64,000 bases of DNA, from assembly GCF_004010195.1 (NCBI RefSeq), contig NC_057749.1:7877901-7941900 (forward strand). The letters run 5' to 3'. This document shows positions 23,473 to 35,322 of this stretch, piece after piece (position 1 is the stretch's first letter; every line of letters starts with the position of its first letter). The notes beneath the pieces were generated by a model. That model was not told the origin of the DNA and made no database searches. It saw only the letters and a program-made list of their open reading frames with translations. The stretch comes from Chiloscyllium plagiosum (lineage: Eukaryota). The position numbers and the translations under genes were made by a program.

Positions 23473-26269
23473 GCAATGGGCAATAAATGACAACCACATC
23501 CTGTGAATGAATCAAAAAAGATTCTCCTGTGCATGGCTCTTTCCTTGATCTGAGACTTTGAGTGTCATCACCTCCTTGTTGGCCCAGACGAATTTCAGAA
23601 TTGTTAACCTCTGACAGGACAATGGCCCTCAGGTGAAGGATTGCTGACACGAGTGTCAAGGACCCCAGGTGAGGGCCCAGCCATGGCTTGTTACATGCCT
23701 GACTGGCACAGGATATGGTAGGGTCCTCCCTCAAAGACATGGCATGGGTCTCAAACTACTTCTTCAACCAGTGGCCAAGATCTCCTTTACTACCACAAGA
23801 TTCCAGCTCTTAAATGCTCCTTCTGAATTCCAACCCTTTGGGACAGAACTTTCCAAATTTCAATTGCACTCTTGTGCCAAACATATTTGCTAGTTTTCTT
23901 CATGAGTGGCCTTTCTCATTTTTTAAGTTCATGCTCCCAAATTTTGATTTTCACAGTGAAAGAAATGGGTGACAAGCTAAAAATGTTGGAGGAGCTCAAT
24001 GAGTCGTGGCAGTATCGACAGAGAGATGCTACTAAAGACAGAGAGAGAGAGAGAGAGAGATTGTCTGCCCACAAATCTGCCAGACCTGCTGAGTTTCTCC
24101 TAATATTTTCTGCCTTTAAGATTTCCAGCATCCCTGCTATTTTGCTGTTATCAGAATAGATTTTCTGTATTACACCAAGTTAAATATTTTATATGTCTTG
24201 ATCAGCTCGCCCTTCAGTCTCCTGTACTTGAGAATATAAAGCTAATCTATGCAACCTCTCCCAACCTTTGCAGCCTCTCCTCATAATTCAACCCTTTAAG
24301 CTCCTCTTCTGATTGTGTAATCAAGTGCGGTGTCTCTGCAATTTGGAAGCAACATAAAACTGACATAAAAAGACTTGTAATAGCACAAAAGTGCTTCATT
24401 AAAATATGTTGAAATAATTAGAAGATCAAAAATGCAGCAAAAATAAGGCTGTGGTAGAATAAATGTGGGTTTTTTTGAGATATCAAACATGTTTTTGCAA
24501 CCTTGGCTGACAGTCAACAGGATCTCATTAGAAGCTCAAAAGGCTGGAAAGCATTAGTGGGGAAAACAAATTTAGTGCAAAGACTTAAATTTTCATGGTA
24601 TTTAGCCACTCTTGATAGGTGAGGTATTGGAATACATACAACTCCAGAGGACCCTCAACGTGTTACTTATCTGTTAATATCTGTCATCATTAATGTCTGC
24701 ACTCATTGTAACAACATTCACAATACAGATGCTCCATAACAAGGTACTTATTGCTTAAACACAAGATGGGATGCATGTCCCTTTCCCATTATACATTATT
24801 TTCAAGTTGCTCTCTTCTCGCATTTTAAAACACTCCTCTTGTTTCAAAGCATGTCAGATAGCATTTGCATGTTTTTGAATATGCACTTGACTGATTAGGC
24901 AGAGAATTAAGTAATGCAAAATAAAAAGATTTAGGAGTGGTGTGTTCTAAATAATTTATTTTTAAGGTGTGTTTGTTATAACTCATATGCAAGGGCAGTA
25001 TCAGAGACCGCAAGCTGGGTGGATGGACAGGGCTACTGATCATATTACCAGTTGACTTTTGATAAGAATACAATGGCTATGTAGTTACTTTAACTGATGT
25101 CTGACTGAATTCAAATACTTTAAAAGCTATGGTGAGAATTGAACTACTGTTCTCTAAGTAACAAGCCTACTGACATTATCATTGCACTGTAATATCCTAC
25201 AGTCTATTGCTTGCTACAAGGTGTTGTGTCCTTGTAAAGTATGTATCTCATCTTACATGGGCAACATTACCAAAGATCATCAAATTTTATTGTTGTGTTT
25301 GTAAAATAAATGTTTCTATTATTTCAGGTTTCAATCTCAAATTAGCAAACAAGTAACAAATCTTGAAATTTCTATCTGGTATTTCTTTCAAAAAAGGTAA
25401 TGAGAATGTGCTAAGTAGCATTTGAACAAAGTACATGAGCGTTACAGTTAATAAGTGAGCAAAGAAGATTCTGCATTCCTACTGAAAAGGCAAGAGCTAA
25501 TTTTCTTTGAGTTTCATTTAAAAACTCATTTGGCTGACTATCAGGCATTTATTCGCTAATTGTCTTCCATCCTGTATTAGACGAATATCAATGCATGACT
25601 GATTCTACAGTTATGCTGGGTTCCCTTTATCTTTATAAGACATTGTTCGGTTCAGGGACTTGAAATTATGAAGCGATTCACTGCTGTGCAATCAGACACA
25701 GATTGGGATTTCCACGTTAACAATTGAATCTCCAGCTTTTTCTCCCCCAAGTTTATTCTCCATTCTATCTGCCACAATCAACAATAACAGTGAACTCTTG
25801 GGAAACGTATGCCAGAAAGATTCATGGGGGAAAGCAGTGTGACAGTTCTTGGCTAAGGAAGATATTGTGCGCTCCTGAGAGAAAGAATTGGACTTGTATA
25901 TGGTCAGATCTTTGAATATCATCTCAGTACAATTCACCTACAATGAATTACAAATCAGCCATGATCTGATTGAATGGCAGGATAGGCTTGATGGGATGAA
26001 TGGCCTCCTTCTGCTCTTTTAAAGGACAGTACCTTCGGTTATGTACAAAAATGAAGGCACTGATTGGGTAAATGTGAGCCTCTCTTTTGGTGCCCATACT
26101 TGAGGGAAGAATGTCACCATGGCAGTGTCAACTCTACCTGGAATCATTAAAACCCACTTGAGTGCACAATGTTGGATTTAAATCTCAAGGGAGCAGTAAC
26201 ACTAAGTCAATATTGACTGTAATATGTAATATGTCCAGGTCTTATGGTTACCTCATGAGGAAATCATAA

Positions 26270-26605
26270 AATAGAATAGAACAGTGTGGAAGCAGGCATT
26301 TAGCCCATTAAGTCCACACTGACCCTCTGAGGAACAGCCCACCCAGACACATCCCCTTACCCTATCCCTCATTTCCCATGGTTTAGCCACATGGCCTGCA
26401 CACAATGTGCAATTTAGCATGGCCAATCCACCTAACATGCACATCTTTGGACTGTGGGAGGAAACGAGAGCACCCAGAGGAAACCCATGCAGACATGAAG
26501 AAAACACACCAATTCCACACAGACAGTTGCCCGAGGGTGGAATTGAACCCAGGTCCCTGGTGCTGTGAGACAGCAATGCCAGCCACTGAGCCACAGTGTT
26601 GCCCA
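26270..26605 (-). mobile_element. HE1-type SINE (older subfamily)
   Basis: gcaatttagcatggccaatccacctaacatgcacatctttggactgtgggagg...; tRNA head at the right end. Confidence 0.9.
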
Positions 26606-27099
26606 CAGTTTGGACATCGGCGCATATCCTTTGGACTTTAGCAGATTAAAATGTGTCCTTATTGAAACATATACAAACCTGAGAGGACACAATATTGAAA
26701 CATATACAAACTTGAGAGGACACAATAAAATGGATGGAGGAAGGATGTTTGCTCTTGTAGGAGAGACTAGAATGATGGGACACTGTTCAAATATAAGGAG
26801 CCATGCATTTAAGACAGAGATGAGGAAAATGCTTTTTCTCTCAAGACAGTCATGTGTCTGTAGGACTCTCTTCACCAGAGATCAGTGGAGAGAAATTAAT
26901 TGAAAATTTTTGTAGCAAGTTCAATAGATTGTTGACTGACCAGGTACTTAAAAGGTATCGGGCATGTGGTATTTGTGGGAGAAGGAGTTTTTAAAACAAT
27001 TGTTCATAGGATTTGGGTTGAGCTGGCTTGTCCATCATTTTTTTGGCCATCCCCAGTTGCAATGCACAAGATGGTGGTGAGCTTGATCTTCTTGATCTG

Positions 27100-27305
27100 A
27101 GTCGAAAAGTGTGGTGCTAGAAAAGCACAACCAGTCAGGCAGCATCCAAGGAGCAGGAGAGTCGATGTTTTGAGCATAAGCCCTTCATCAGGAATGTCAA
27201 AACATTGACTGTCCTGTTCCTCGGATGCTGCCTGACCAGCTGTGCTTTTCCAGCACCACACTTCTTGACTCTGATCTCCAGCATCTGCAGCCCTCACTTT
27301 CTCCC
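27100..27305. mobile_element. Fold-back PLE pseudo-LTR insertion (family A)
   Basis: Inverted arms about ~27195; TSD tcttctt(g/t)atctg at 27087-27099 and 27306-27318. Confidence 0.8.
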
Positions 27306-27369
27306 TCTTCTTTATCTGCTACAGGTCTTCAGGATTTTGACTCAGCAACAGTGAAGGAAAGACGATATT

Positions 27370-27770
27370 GTTCAAGGGTTTGGGCTGTAGGGAAAGGCTG
27401 AATAGGCTGGGGATATTTTCCCTGGAGAAACAGAGGCTGAGGGGTGACCTTATAGAAGTTTATACAATCATGAGGGACATCGGTAGGGTAAATAGACAAG
27501 GTCTTATCCCTAGAGGGCATAGGTTTAGGGTGAGAGGGGATAGGGACCTAAAGGGCAATGTTTTCATGCAAAGGGTGGTGCGTGTATGGAATGAGTTGCC
27601 AGAGGAAGTGGTGGAGGCTGGTACAATTAAAACATTTAAAAGTCATCTGGATGGGTATCTGAATAAGAAGTATTTAGAGGGATTATGGTCAAATGCTGGC
27701 AAATGGGACTAGATTAATATGGCTGAGTTGGACCGAAGTGTCTGTTTGTGTGCTGTACATCTCTGTGATT
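27370..27770 (+). mobile_element. CR1 LINE 3' fragment
   Basis: RERLNRLGIFSLEKQRLRGDLIEVY...VWNELPEEVVEAG. Confidence 0.9.
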
Positions 27771-28209
27771 TTATGTGAGAATTAAAGGTGATCTTGCAAA
27801 TTGTGATTATTCTCATGCATCTGCTGCTCTTTCCTGCTAGCTGCTAGAGAACGGGGGGTTTGGAAGGTGCTGTCAAAAAATGCTTCATTTCTCTTTCTTT
27901 TATTGAGTCTAAGACCTATTTGGTTCAAAGCAGTTGTGGAACAGTCACTAGAAGAGTCTCTTGTCTTAACAAGATGTAATTTATTACATAATAGCAATTA
28001 GATACAAGTTTAGGTATAAGTACATTGTTATTATGACTATGAGGAAAGCTGTGAAAATGGGTTTGCACTCCATGAATCAGAAAATTCTCCTCTTTATCCC
28101 TACCCAAGCCAGTAAGGCATCATCAGGCTTGGAGGAGTTTAAGAGTTTCCAACAATAACCCTTTCAGAACCATTACCTTATACAACAAAGGTAAAGTAGA
28201 GTTGAGGCC

Positions 28210-28776
28210 TGTAGTGATTGGAACTAGAGCCAAGTGGATCTCATTCACTATGAGATCCTTCATTGGTTGTTAACCTGGGCTGACAGATATAAGCAGGAGA
28301 TTCCCTTTGTGAAGGGAACTGCTTGTCACTGGCCACTCGGGTGTTTCCTTTCTTCCTGATGGTGGAAATTTGAATAATGATTCGTACACCTTGTGTCTCT
28401 CACACCTGCACACACACAACATGGGTGTGGGGGGGAAATATAAGCACTACCGCGGTTAGGCGATAGTGTGGGGGTAAAAAAAGGAAAAAAAAATCAAAAC
28501 AAAACAAAAGCAGGAGATCCCCTTTGTGAAGGGCACTGCTTGTCATTGGCCACTCGGGTGTTTCTTTGCTTCCTGCTGGAAACTGAATAAAGATTTGTGC
28601 ACCTTGTGTCTTTCACTGTGTCTTACACCTGCAGAAAATAAGATAAGCAGCAAATTGAGAAGGTCTCCTCAGTCTAGGAACTGGTTTGGAGCTGGCTGGT
28701 CATATCCCTGGCACTGTGCACATGTAAATAAAAGGTGACTTGGAGATGGGATACCGGCCTCTGTGCAGTTATTTCA
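28210..28776 (+). mobile_element. Solo-LTR-like insertion carrying a nested direct-repeat element
   Basis: TG...CA ends; 5-bp TSD aggcc at 28205-28209 and 28777-28781; aataaa near the 3' end. Confidence 0.65.
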
Positions 28777-29434
28777 AGGCCACAAGCAGATCAGCTTACC
28801 AATTGTAGCAGAAGGCTGGAGGGATGGAATGGCCTATTCCTGATCCGAATTCACATGTAAGTCGTCCAGTCTGTCATGAGCCCTCAAATGGTTGACACGG
28901 AGGTATGAGTCCTGTTAGCAAACCTCAGCTTGAACCTTACTTTATTTTCCCGAACTCATTTTAATTTGCCGTTCATTTCTGTTGATTTTGCAGGGTTTGT
29001 TTTTCTTTCCTCAAGCTTATTGCAACCTTCTTTTGAAATTATCCTGATCTTGACTTTTGTTGCTTAAGCGATACTCATACACAGCAGATCATGACAAATC
29101 CCATGTGTAAGGCAATTTGCTGCCTGAATGCTGTTCCACAGTTTGTGCAGAAACAGCAGCATGCTGTAAGAATGACCGGTATTTGAGATTTCACGAATAA
29201 TGTATTACTTATTACAAGACAGATTATTCCTTCAAGAGTACAAAGAGCTTCATGGAATTATTACTGGGCTAGTTACCTGGAGATCTGGACTAATGATCCA
29301 GAATAGTTCAGATCCCACAAAATAACTAGTGGAATTTAAATTCAATTAATATGGAACAAGGTGTTAGTTTCAGTACTGATGATCATGAAACTGCTAGATG
29401 GTCATTAAAATAAAAATTTTATTCACTGAAGTGT

Positions 29435-29715
29435 TTCCAACCTCTTCCATCAGGCAGAAGATACAAAAGCTTAAATACATGTACCAACAGATTCAAGAAC
29501 AGCTTCTTCCCCCCTGTTATCAGACTTCTGAATTGATCGCTCAAATTTTAAATTTAAATGTTAATCTCGCTCTCTGTGCACCTTTTCTGTAGTTGTAACA
29601 TTGTATTCCTCGCTCTGTTCTATTACCCTAATGCACATTGTGTGTTATGATTTGTCTGTACTGCATGCAAAACAAAACTTTTCATTGTAAATGTGACAAT
29701 AATAGATCAAAATCA
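29435..29715 (+). mobile_element. Rex1/Babar LINE 3' end
   Basis: Translates QPLPSGRRYKSLNTCTNRFKNSFFPPVIRLLN*, the typical Rex1 C-terminus, followed by 3'UTR ending tgtgacaataatagatcaaaatca. Confidence 0.85.
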
Positions 29716-30472
29716 TGAATGAAAATCTGCCCTTTTAATCCTGCCTAGCCTACATGTGACTGTAGATCCACAGAAGTATCTTCAATTGCCCTCTAAATGC
29801 CCCTTCAAGCCATTCAGGTAAAAACATTTTGGGATGGACAGTGAGTGCTAGCCTTGCCAATGGTACTCTGATCCCAGGATTAAAAGTTAAGAAGCTATGC
29901 ACAGTTTGTGGTGATAGATGAAAGCGAGGGAGACAGGACATCTCCCTGTCTCTCTTCTGTATCATGTATTAAGACAATGCATAAAAATATTAACTCTACG
30001 CTTGATAGAGTTACAAAAGATTAAAACAGAAGGTGGCAGTGACTTGATTATTATTTAACTGGGCTGTCCTGTGCTCATTTCTAAAGTTGATGCCACTGTT
30101 GCAATGAAACTGAGAGTTCTGAGGAAGGGTAATCAGACTCAAAAGGTTAACTCTAAATTATCTCCACAGATGCTGCCAGACCTGCTGAGCTTTTCCAGCA
30201 ATTTCTGTGTTTTGTGTCTGATTTCCAACATCCAACCTTTCGCTTGCGGTTAAATTGACGGCTTAAGCTTGTAGCAAACTTTGTACAGCCAAAAACGTAA
30301 ACTACTCAGCATGTCTGGTAACATCTGTGGAGAGAGAAACGGAGTTAACGCTTCGAGTCCAGTGACAGAACTTTGTCAGGACTGAAAGCAACTGGGAAAA
30401 GGTGGTACTTCTGCTGATGACGGAGGGCGAGACTGTTGGGGTGGTGGTGGAAGGAGTGAAACGGACAGATGG

Positions 30473-30810
30473 TGTCACAACGCTGTTCTTTTTCTCAAGG
30501 ATACTATGCCCTTGATTTTTTCAGAGGGGTTGTAAACCAGCTCCCGGCTCCAAGGTGGCTAGTTTGATACAGAGATGAGAAAGGATTTTGAGAGTCTTTT
30601 TTTTATCTGTAAATAGATGAGATTTCAGGCCAAGGTGGGTTCTGTAGATATTCTTTGTTCTGTTCTTTGTGTTTTATTCCATAATTTTGTGAATACATTT
30701 TTGTCTGTTTTAAAACCTGGTAGTCAACCCAGTACTGAAACAAATTGCAAAGTTATGGTCTGGGCTGCCTGCCTAAGAATGTTTTGAGTGGTCTGGACTC
30801 GTCCATAACA
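30473..30810. mobile_element. Short (probably internally deleted) solo LTR
   Basis: tgtcacaac...gtccataaca; 4-bp TSD atgg at 30469-30472 and 30811-30814. Confidence 0.75.
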
Positions 30811-30863
30811 ATGGAGACTGACCCAGAGAGAAGGAGAAGGAAAACAAGGGAAGCAGACAAAGG

Positions 30864-31122
30864 GATTAGATTACTTACAGTGTGGAAACAGGCCCTTCGG
30901 CCCAACAAGTCCACACCGCCCCGCCGTAGCGCAACCCACCCACACCCCTACATTTACCCCTTACATAACACTACGGGCAACTTAGCATGGCCAATTCACC
31001 TGACCTGCACATCTTTGGACTGTGGGGGGAAACCGGAGCACCCGGAGGAAACCCACGCAGACACGGGGAGAACGTGCAAACTCCACACAGTCAGTCGCCT
31101 GAGGCGGGAATTGAACCCGGGT
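30864..31122 (-). mobile_element. HE1-type SINE, 5'-truncated
   Basis: Near-identical to 22549-22790. Confidence 0.92.
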
Positions 31123-31662
31123 TGATGCAAACTACACAGAACAGCACCTGGGGGTGTTGGTGTGGGTAACGATTATGGATGGAGGTATTCATACGATGAA
31201 ATTATTAAACTCAATGATGAGTCCTGAGGGCTATATAATTCAAAGGCAGTTAATGAAGTAGTGTTTCTCCAGCTTACATTGAGTTTCATTGCAGAAGTCC
31301 TGAGACACAAATGTTAATATGGGAACACAATGGTGTGTGGAAGTAGCAGGCAACTGAAAGCTCAGGGTCATTTTTACATATAAAATAGAGGTGTTTAGTG
31401 AAGTGACGACTCAGTCTGTGTTTTGTCTCCCCATTGTAGAGGAGACCGCATTGTGAGCAGTGAATACAGTAGACTAGATTGAGTGAAGTGCAGGTGTACC
31501 AATGCTTCACCTGGAAGATGTGTTTGGGACCTTGGATAGTGGGGAGGAGACCTTTCTTGGCGTCAAATGGACATGGTATAACCAGGGTTGTCATTGCTTT
31601 CAATGTAGCTCCTGTGTAATATATTATTGGTGTATCTCAACACTAACAAGGCATGGTATAAT

Positions 31663-31915
31663 GGACAAAGTGAGGACTGCAGATGCTGGAGATCAGAGTC
31701 GAGAGTGTAACACTGGAAAAGCACAGCAGGTCAGGCAGCATCCGAGGAGCAGGAGAGTCAATGTTTTGGGAATGAGCATTTCATCAGGAATTGGGCATAA
31801 ACCCTTCACTCCTGATGAAGGGCTTATGCCCGAAATGTTGACTCTCCTGCTTTTCGGTTGCTGTCCGACATGCTGTGCTTTTCCAGCGCCGTGCTTTTCC
31901 AGCTCCACACTTTTC
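31663..31915. mobile_element. Fold-back PLE pseudo-LTR insertion (family A)
   Basis: Inverted arms around 31790-31810; + strand ctgatgaagggcttatgcccgaaatgttgact at 31812. Confidence 0.8.
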
Positions 31916-31997
31916 AACATATCGGAAGTTACTGTCTTGCAAGTTTTTAACTTGAAATCCTAATTGCTAGAACTAAAGTAGGAAATATGATCATGTA

Positions 31998-32124
31998 GGT
32001 AAAAACAATGACTGCAGATGCTGAAAACCAGATATTGGGATTAGTGGTGCCGGAAGAGCACAGCAGTTCAGGCAGCATCCGAGGAGCAGTAAAATCGACG
32101 TTTCAGGTAAAAGCCCTTCATCAG
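31998..32124 (-). mobile_element. Single PLE pseudo-LTR copy (family A)
   Basis: TSD gatcatgta at 31989-31997 and 32125-32133; HHR motif at ~32093-32126. Confidence 0.82.
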
Positions 32125-32796
32125 GATCATGTAACTCTCTCCTTTGATTAGAATCAGTTCTGCCAGTTTGGGGTGATCTATTAGCCTACTTCAGCTTTGT
32201 ACTGTTCTAATATATTTCTGTGAAATATCTATAAACTTAAGCTTAGTTGCCCTTCTTTGTTTCAAATGAGATCCTCCCTTTCCCATCACTTTCCAAGAGA
32301 GTAATTGTGGTTAATACCTAATTCCATTATGCCCTCTTGAGAGTGCTGTTCTCCTGCACCAGAATTTTTAAAGGATGAGTGCCAAGGATGTGCTCAATTC
32401 GATGCATTTGTTTATATAACCCTCTACTGGAGGAAACAAAAACAAGGCTCTCGTTTCAATTCCAAGGCTAGGGGACGTAAGGGAGCCCTTAAGGCTCATT
32501 GTGTGATAGAACAATGCAAGTGGTCTTTGAATTTTGTCTTCTATCTGTTAATTAGGCCTCAATTGAAATGAACAAGGAGGTTCAAAGGGACAAGAGTCTG
32601 AATTCAAGACACATCAGCGTTCCTTCAATAAGGTATAAAAGAGAGGGAAAAGAAAATCAAGAATTAACAATTAGATTTGTACAGCTCGGAAACTGACCCT
32701 TTTCATCCAACTTGTCCATGCTGACCAGATATCCTAAATTAATCTAAATCTGTTTGCCAGCATTTGGCCCAAATCCGTCCAAACCCTCCTTATTCA

Positions 32797-33000
32797 TAGC
32801 AGGTCAGGCAGCATCCAAGGAGCAGCGAAATCGACGTTTTGGGCAAAAGCCCTTCATCAGGAATAAAAATATTCCTGAAGAAAGGCTTATGCCTGAAACG
32901 TCGATTCTCCTGTTCCTTGGATGCTGCCTGACCTGCTGCGCTTTTCCAGCAACACATTTTCAGCTCTGATCTCCAGCATCTGCAGTCCTCACTTTCTCCT
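32797..33000. mobile_element. Fold-back PLE pseudo-LTR insertion at the end of a minus-strand CR1 tail (32675-32797)
   Basis: ...cccttcatcaggaat aaaaat attcctgaagaaaggc...; inverted arms. Confidence 0.82.
32871..32906 (+). ncRNA. Minimal hammerhead ribozyme motif
   Basis: attc CTGAAGA a aggc-ttat-gcct GAAAC GT C gatt; intact core, GUC site, weak helix I. Confidence 0.7.
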
Positions 33001-33762
33001 CCTTATTCATATATTGTCGGAAAAACTCAGCCCAATGGAGCAAAGACCACAAACGAGGGTCATGGTGGAAATTGACAGGCGGTTTATTAAACACAGCGAT
33101 ATCGCGGAAGAGAAATTGACCAGGCTGACACAGAACTGATTCTCTGCACAGATGGCCCGAATGCTCTTCCCAGAACAGAAGGTGCATGCAGACTTTATAG
33201 GGGTACAACACAAAGGTGATAATTATCAAGCAGTTCCAGGACAATGGTGAAAATTGTAAAGTGATTAAAACAAAAATAAACTGAAGTTAATCAAGCATCC
33301 GGCAGTAGCAATTCATTTGTAATTGGCGCAGGAAATTCCAGCCATCTCCGTGGGTGGGTAAGAATGACTTCTAGAGGATTCTTCATTGTATTTCCCATTC
33401 GCGTGAATATGTATCAATCTCCCTTCTCCAGGCATTCAGGTGTGTCCATTGTGTTCCTCCTGCAAGCGAAGTCTTCTGGGGTCTCTCGGTCTGCCTCTTT
33501 GTTTATGCGGTATTGGTTTCAATGGGAAATGAGCCTATCCTTAGCATACTGGGACTGCAGTGCTAAACGGGGCTGGAAGCTTTACTGTGAAGGTTGTTTG
33601 TGAAGTATATTCTCTGGTCTGGGAATAGTTTGGCCGTGGTAACTAAAGTAGGAAATATGATCATGTAGGTAAAAACAATGACTGCAGATACTGGAAACCA
33701 GATTTTGGGATTAGTGGTGCTGGAAGAGCACAGCAGTTCAGGCAGCATCCAAGGAGCAGTGA

Positions 33763-33798
33763 AATCGACGTTTCGGGCAAAAGCCCTTCATCAGGAAT
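33763..33798 (-). ncRNA. Minimal hammerhead ribozyme motif
   Basis: Reverse complement reads attc CTGATGA a gggc-tttt-gccc GAAAC GT C gatt. Confidence 0.72.
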
Positions 33799-33804
33799 AT
33801 TTTT

Positions 33805-33840
33805 ATTCCTGATGAAGGGCTTTTGCCCGAAACGTCGATT
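33805..33840 (+). ncRNA. Minimal hammerhead ribozyme motif
   Basis: attc CTGATGA a gggc-tttt-gccc GAAAC GT C gatt; predicted cleavage 3' of C33836. Confidence 0.72.
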
Positions 33841-33974
33841 TCGCTGCTCCTTGGATGCTGCCTGAACTGCTGTGCTCTTCCAGCACCACTAATCCAGAAT
33901 CTGGTTTCTAGCCTCTGCAATCATTTTTTTTACCCCTACCTAATAGCTTGGCCATGTCTGGTTTGTTTGTTTGT

Positions 33975-34215
33975 TGAGAATGTGTTGCTGGAAAAGCATA
34001 GCAGGTCAGGCAGCATCCGAAGAGCAGGAAAATAGACGTTTCAGGCTAGAGGCCTTCATTAGGAATGAGGCTGGGCTGCCCAACTTCATTCCTGATGAAA
34101 GACTCCGGCCTGAAACATCGATCTTCCTGCTCCTTGGATGCTGCCTGACCTGCTGTGCATTTCCAGCACCACATTCTTAACTCTGGTCTCCAGCATCTGC
34201 AGACCTCACTGTCTC
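33975..34215. mobile_element. Fold-back PLE pseudo-LTR insertion (family A)
   Basis: Inverted arms around ~34078; decayed HHRs on both strands; flanked by tggtttgtt on both sides. Confidence 0.8.
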
Positions 34216-34374
34216 CTGGTTTGTTTGTTAGCCTGTTTGGGCAAGACTGGGGCATTGTGGTTGTGTTCTGTATGTGATGGCAGGATTGATTTCTGTGTTT
34301 TGCAGTCCAGCGTCTGTGCTTTTTTTTAATGCAGCCATACTGTGGGTGGACAGGGTAGCAGATCTTTTTCCTAC

Positions 34375-34835
34375 ATACACCCACCCAGATGCCTTTTAAA
34401 TGTTGTAATTGTACCAGCCTCCACCACGTCCTCTGGCAGCTCATTCCATACACGACCACCCGCTGAGTGAAAATGTTGCCCCTTCGGTCCCTTTGAAATC
34501 TTTTTCCTCTCACTTTAAACCTATGCCCTCTAGTTTTGGACTCTCCTATGTTGGGATATTGTTCCCCCTATCCATGCCCCTCATGATTTTATAAACCTCG
34601 ACAAGGTCACCCCTTGGCCCCTTGACGCTCCAGGGAACATAGCCCCAGCCTATTCAGTCTCTCCCTATAACTTAAACCCTCCAACCCTGAAAACATCCTT
34701 GTAAATATTTTCTGAACCCTTTCAGGTTTAACAACATCTTTCCTATAGCAGGGAGACCAGAACTGAATGCAGTATTCCAAAAGTGGTCTAACCAATGTCT
34801 GCAACGTTACCTCCCAACTCCTTTACTCAATGTAA
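34375..34835 (-). mobile_element. CR1 LINE 3' fragment
   Basis: TLVRPLLEYCIQFWSPCYRKDVVKPERVQKIFTRM. Confidence 0.9.
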
Positions 34836-35039
34836 TTAGGCAAATACAAGATCTAAGCAGTTGGAGATTGCATGAGAAGGGTATATTTGTGTTGGGAGAA
34901 CTTGAGGCATTAGAAAGCAAGAGGAATTGTTTATTTTTATAACCTGTCTGAAACCCCGGTACCTTAACTTTAGCTGGGATATGTAAGTCCTATGCAATAG
35001 CATCCAATCAACAATGTAAGAACCCATCTATCACATTCA

Positions 35040-35175
35040 AAAACACAAACAGAAATTGCTGGTAAATCACAGCATCTGTGGAGCGAGAAAGCAGAGTTAA
35101 CGTTTTGGCTCCAGTGACCCTTCATCAGAACCGATGCTGAATTTCTGTTTGTGTTTCTGATTTCCTGCTTCCACA
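35040..35175 (-). mobile_element. PLE pseudo-LTR copy (family B) with HHR motif
   Basis: Reverse complement gtt CTGATGA a gggtc-actg-gagcc aAAAC GT T aactc; same family at 16243, 23980, 30112, 35945, 44400, 50785 and 62190. Confidence 0.7.
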
Positions 35176-35322
35176 GTTCTTTGAGCATTTTCTTTTCATC
35201 TGTCATGTTGCTGTTTGTGGGAACATGCAAGTGGCTGTGTTTCCGACATTACAGTAACAATTACATGTTGGCTGGAAAGGGCTCGAAACAACCTGCAGAT
35301 GGTTAAAGGGCTATTGAAAATG

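Larger units (their letters stand above)
30290..31560 (-). mobile_element. Neptune-type Penelope-like element 3' part (GIY-YIG endonuclease plus pseudo-LTR), interrupted by later insertions
   Basis: 31286-31540 minus: YTCTSLNLVYCIHCSQCGLLYNGETKHRLSRHFTKHL...ELSVACYF; family-B pseudo-LTR with decayed HHR at 30300-30385. Confidence 0.8.
33639..33941. mobile_element. Fold-back PLE pseudo-LTR insertion with transduced flank
   Basis: TSD aatag(t/c)ttggcc(g/a)tg at 33624-33638 and 33942-33956; arms invert about ~33801. Confidence 0.85.

Noticed and set aside
26660..26725. 33-bp tandem duplication
   Set aside because: Ordinary slippage inside a decayed CR1 fragment
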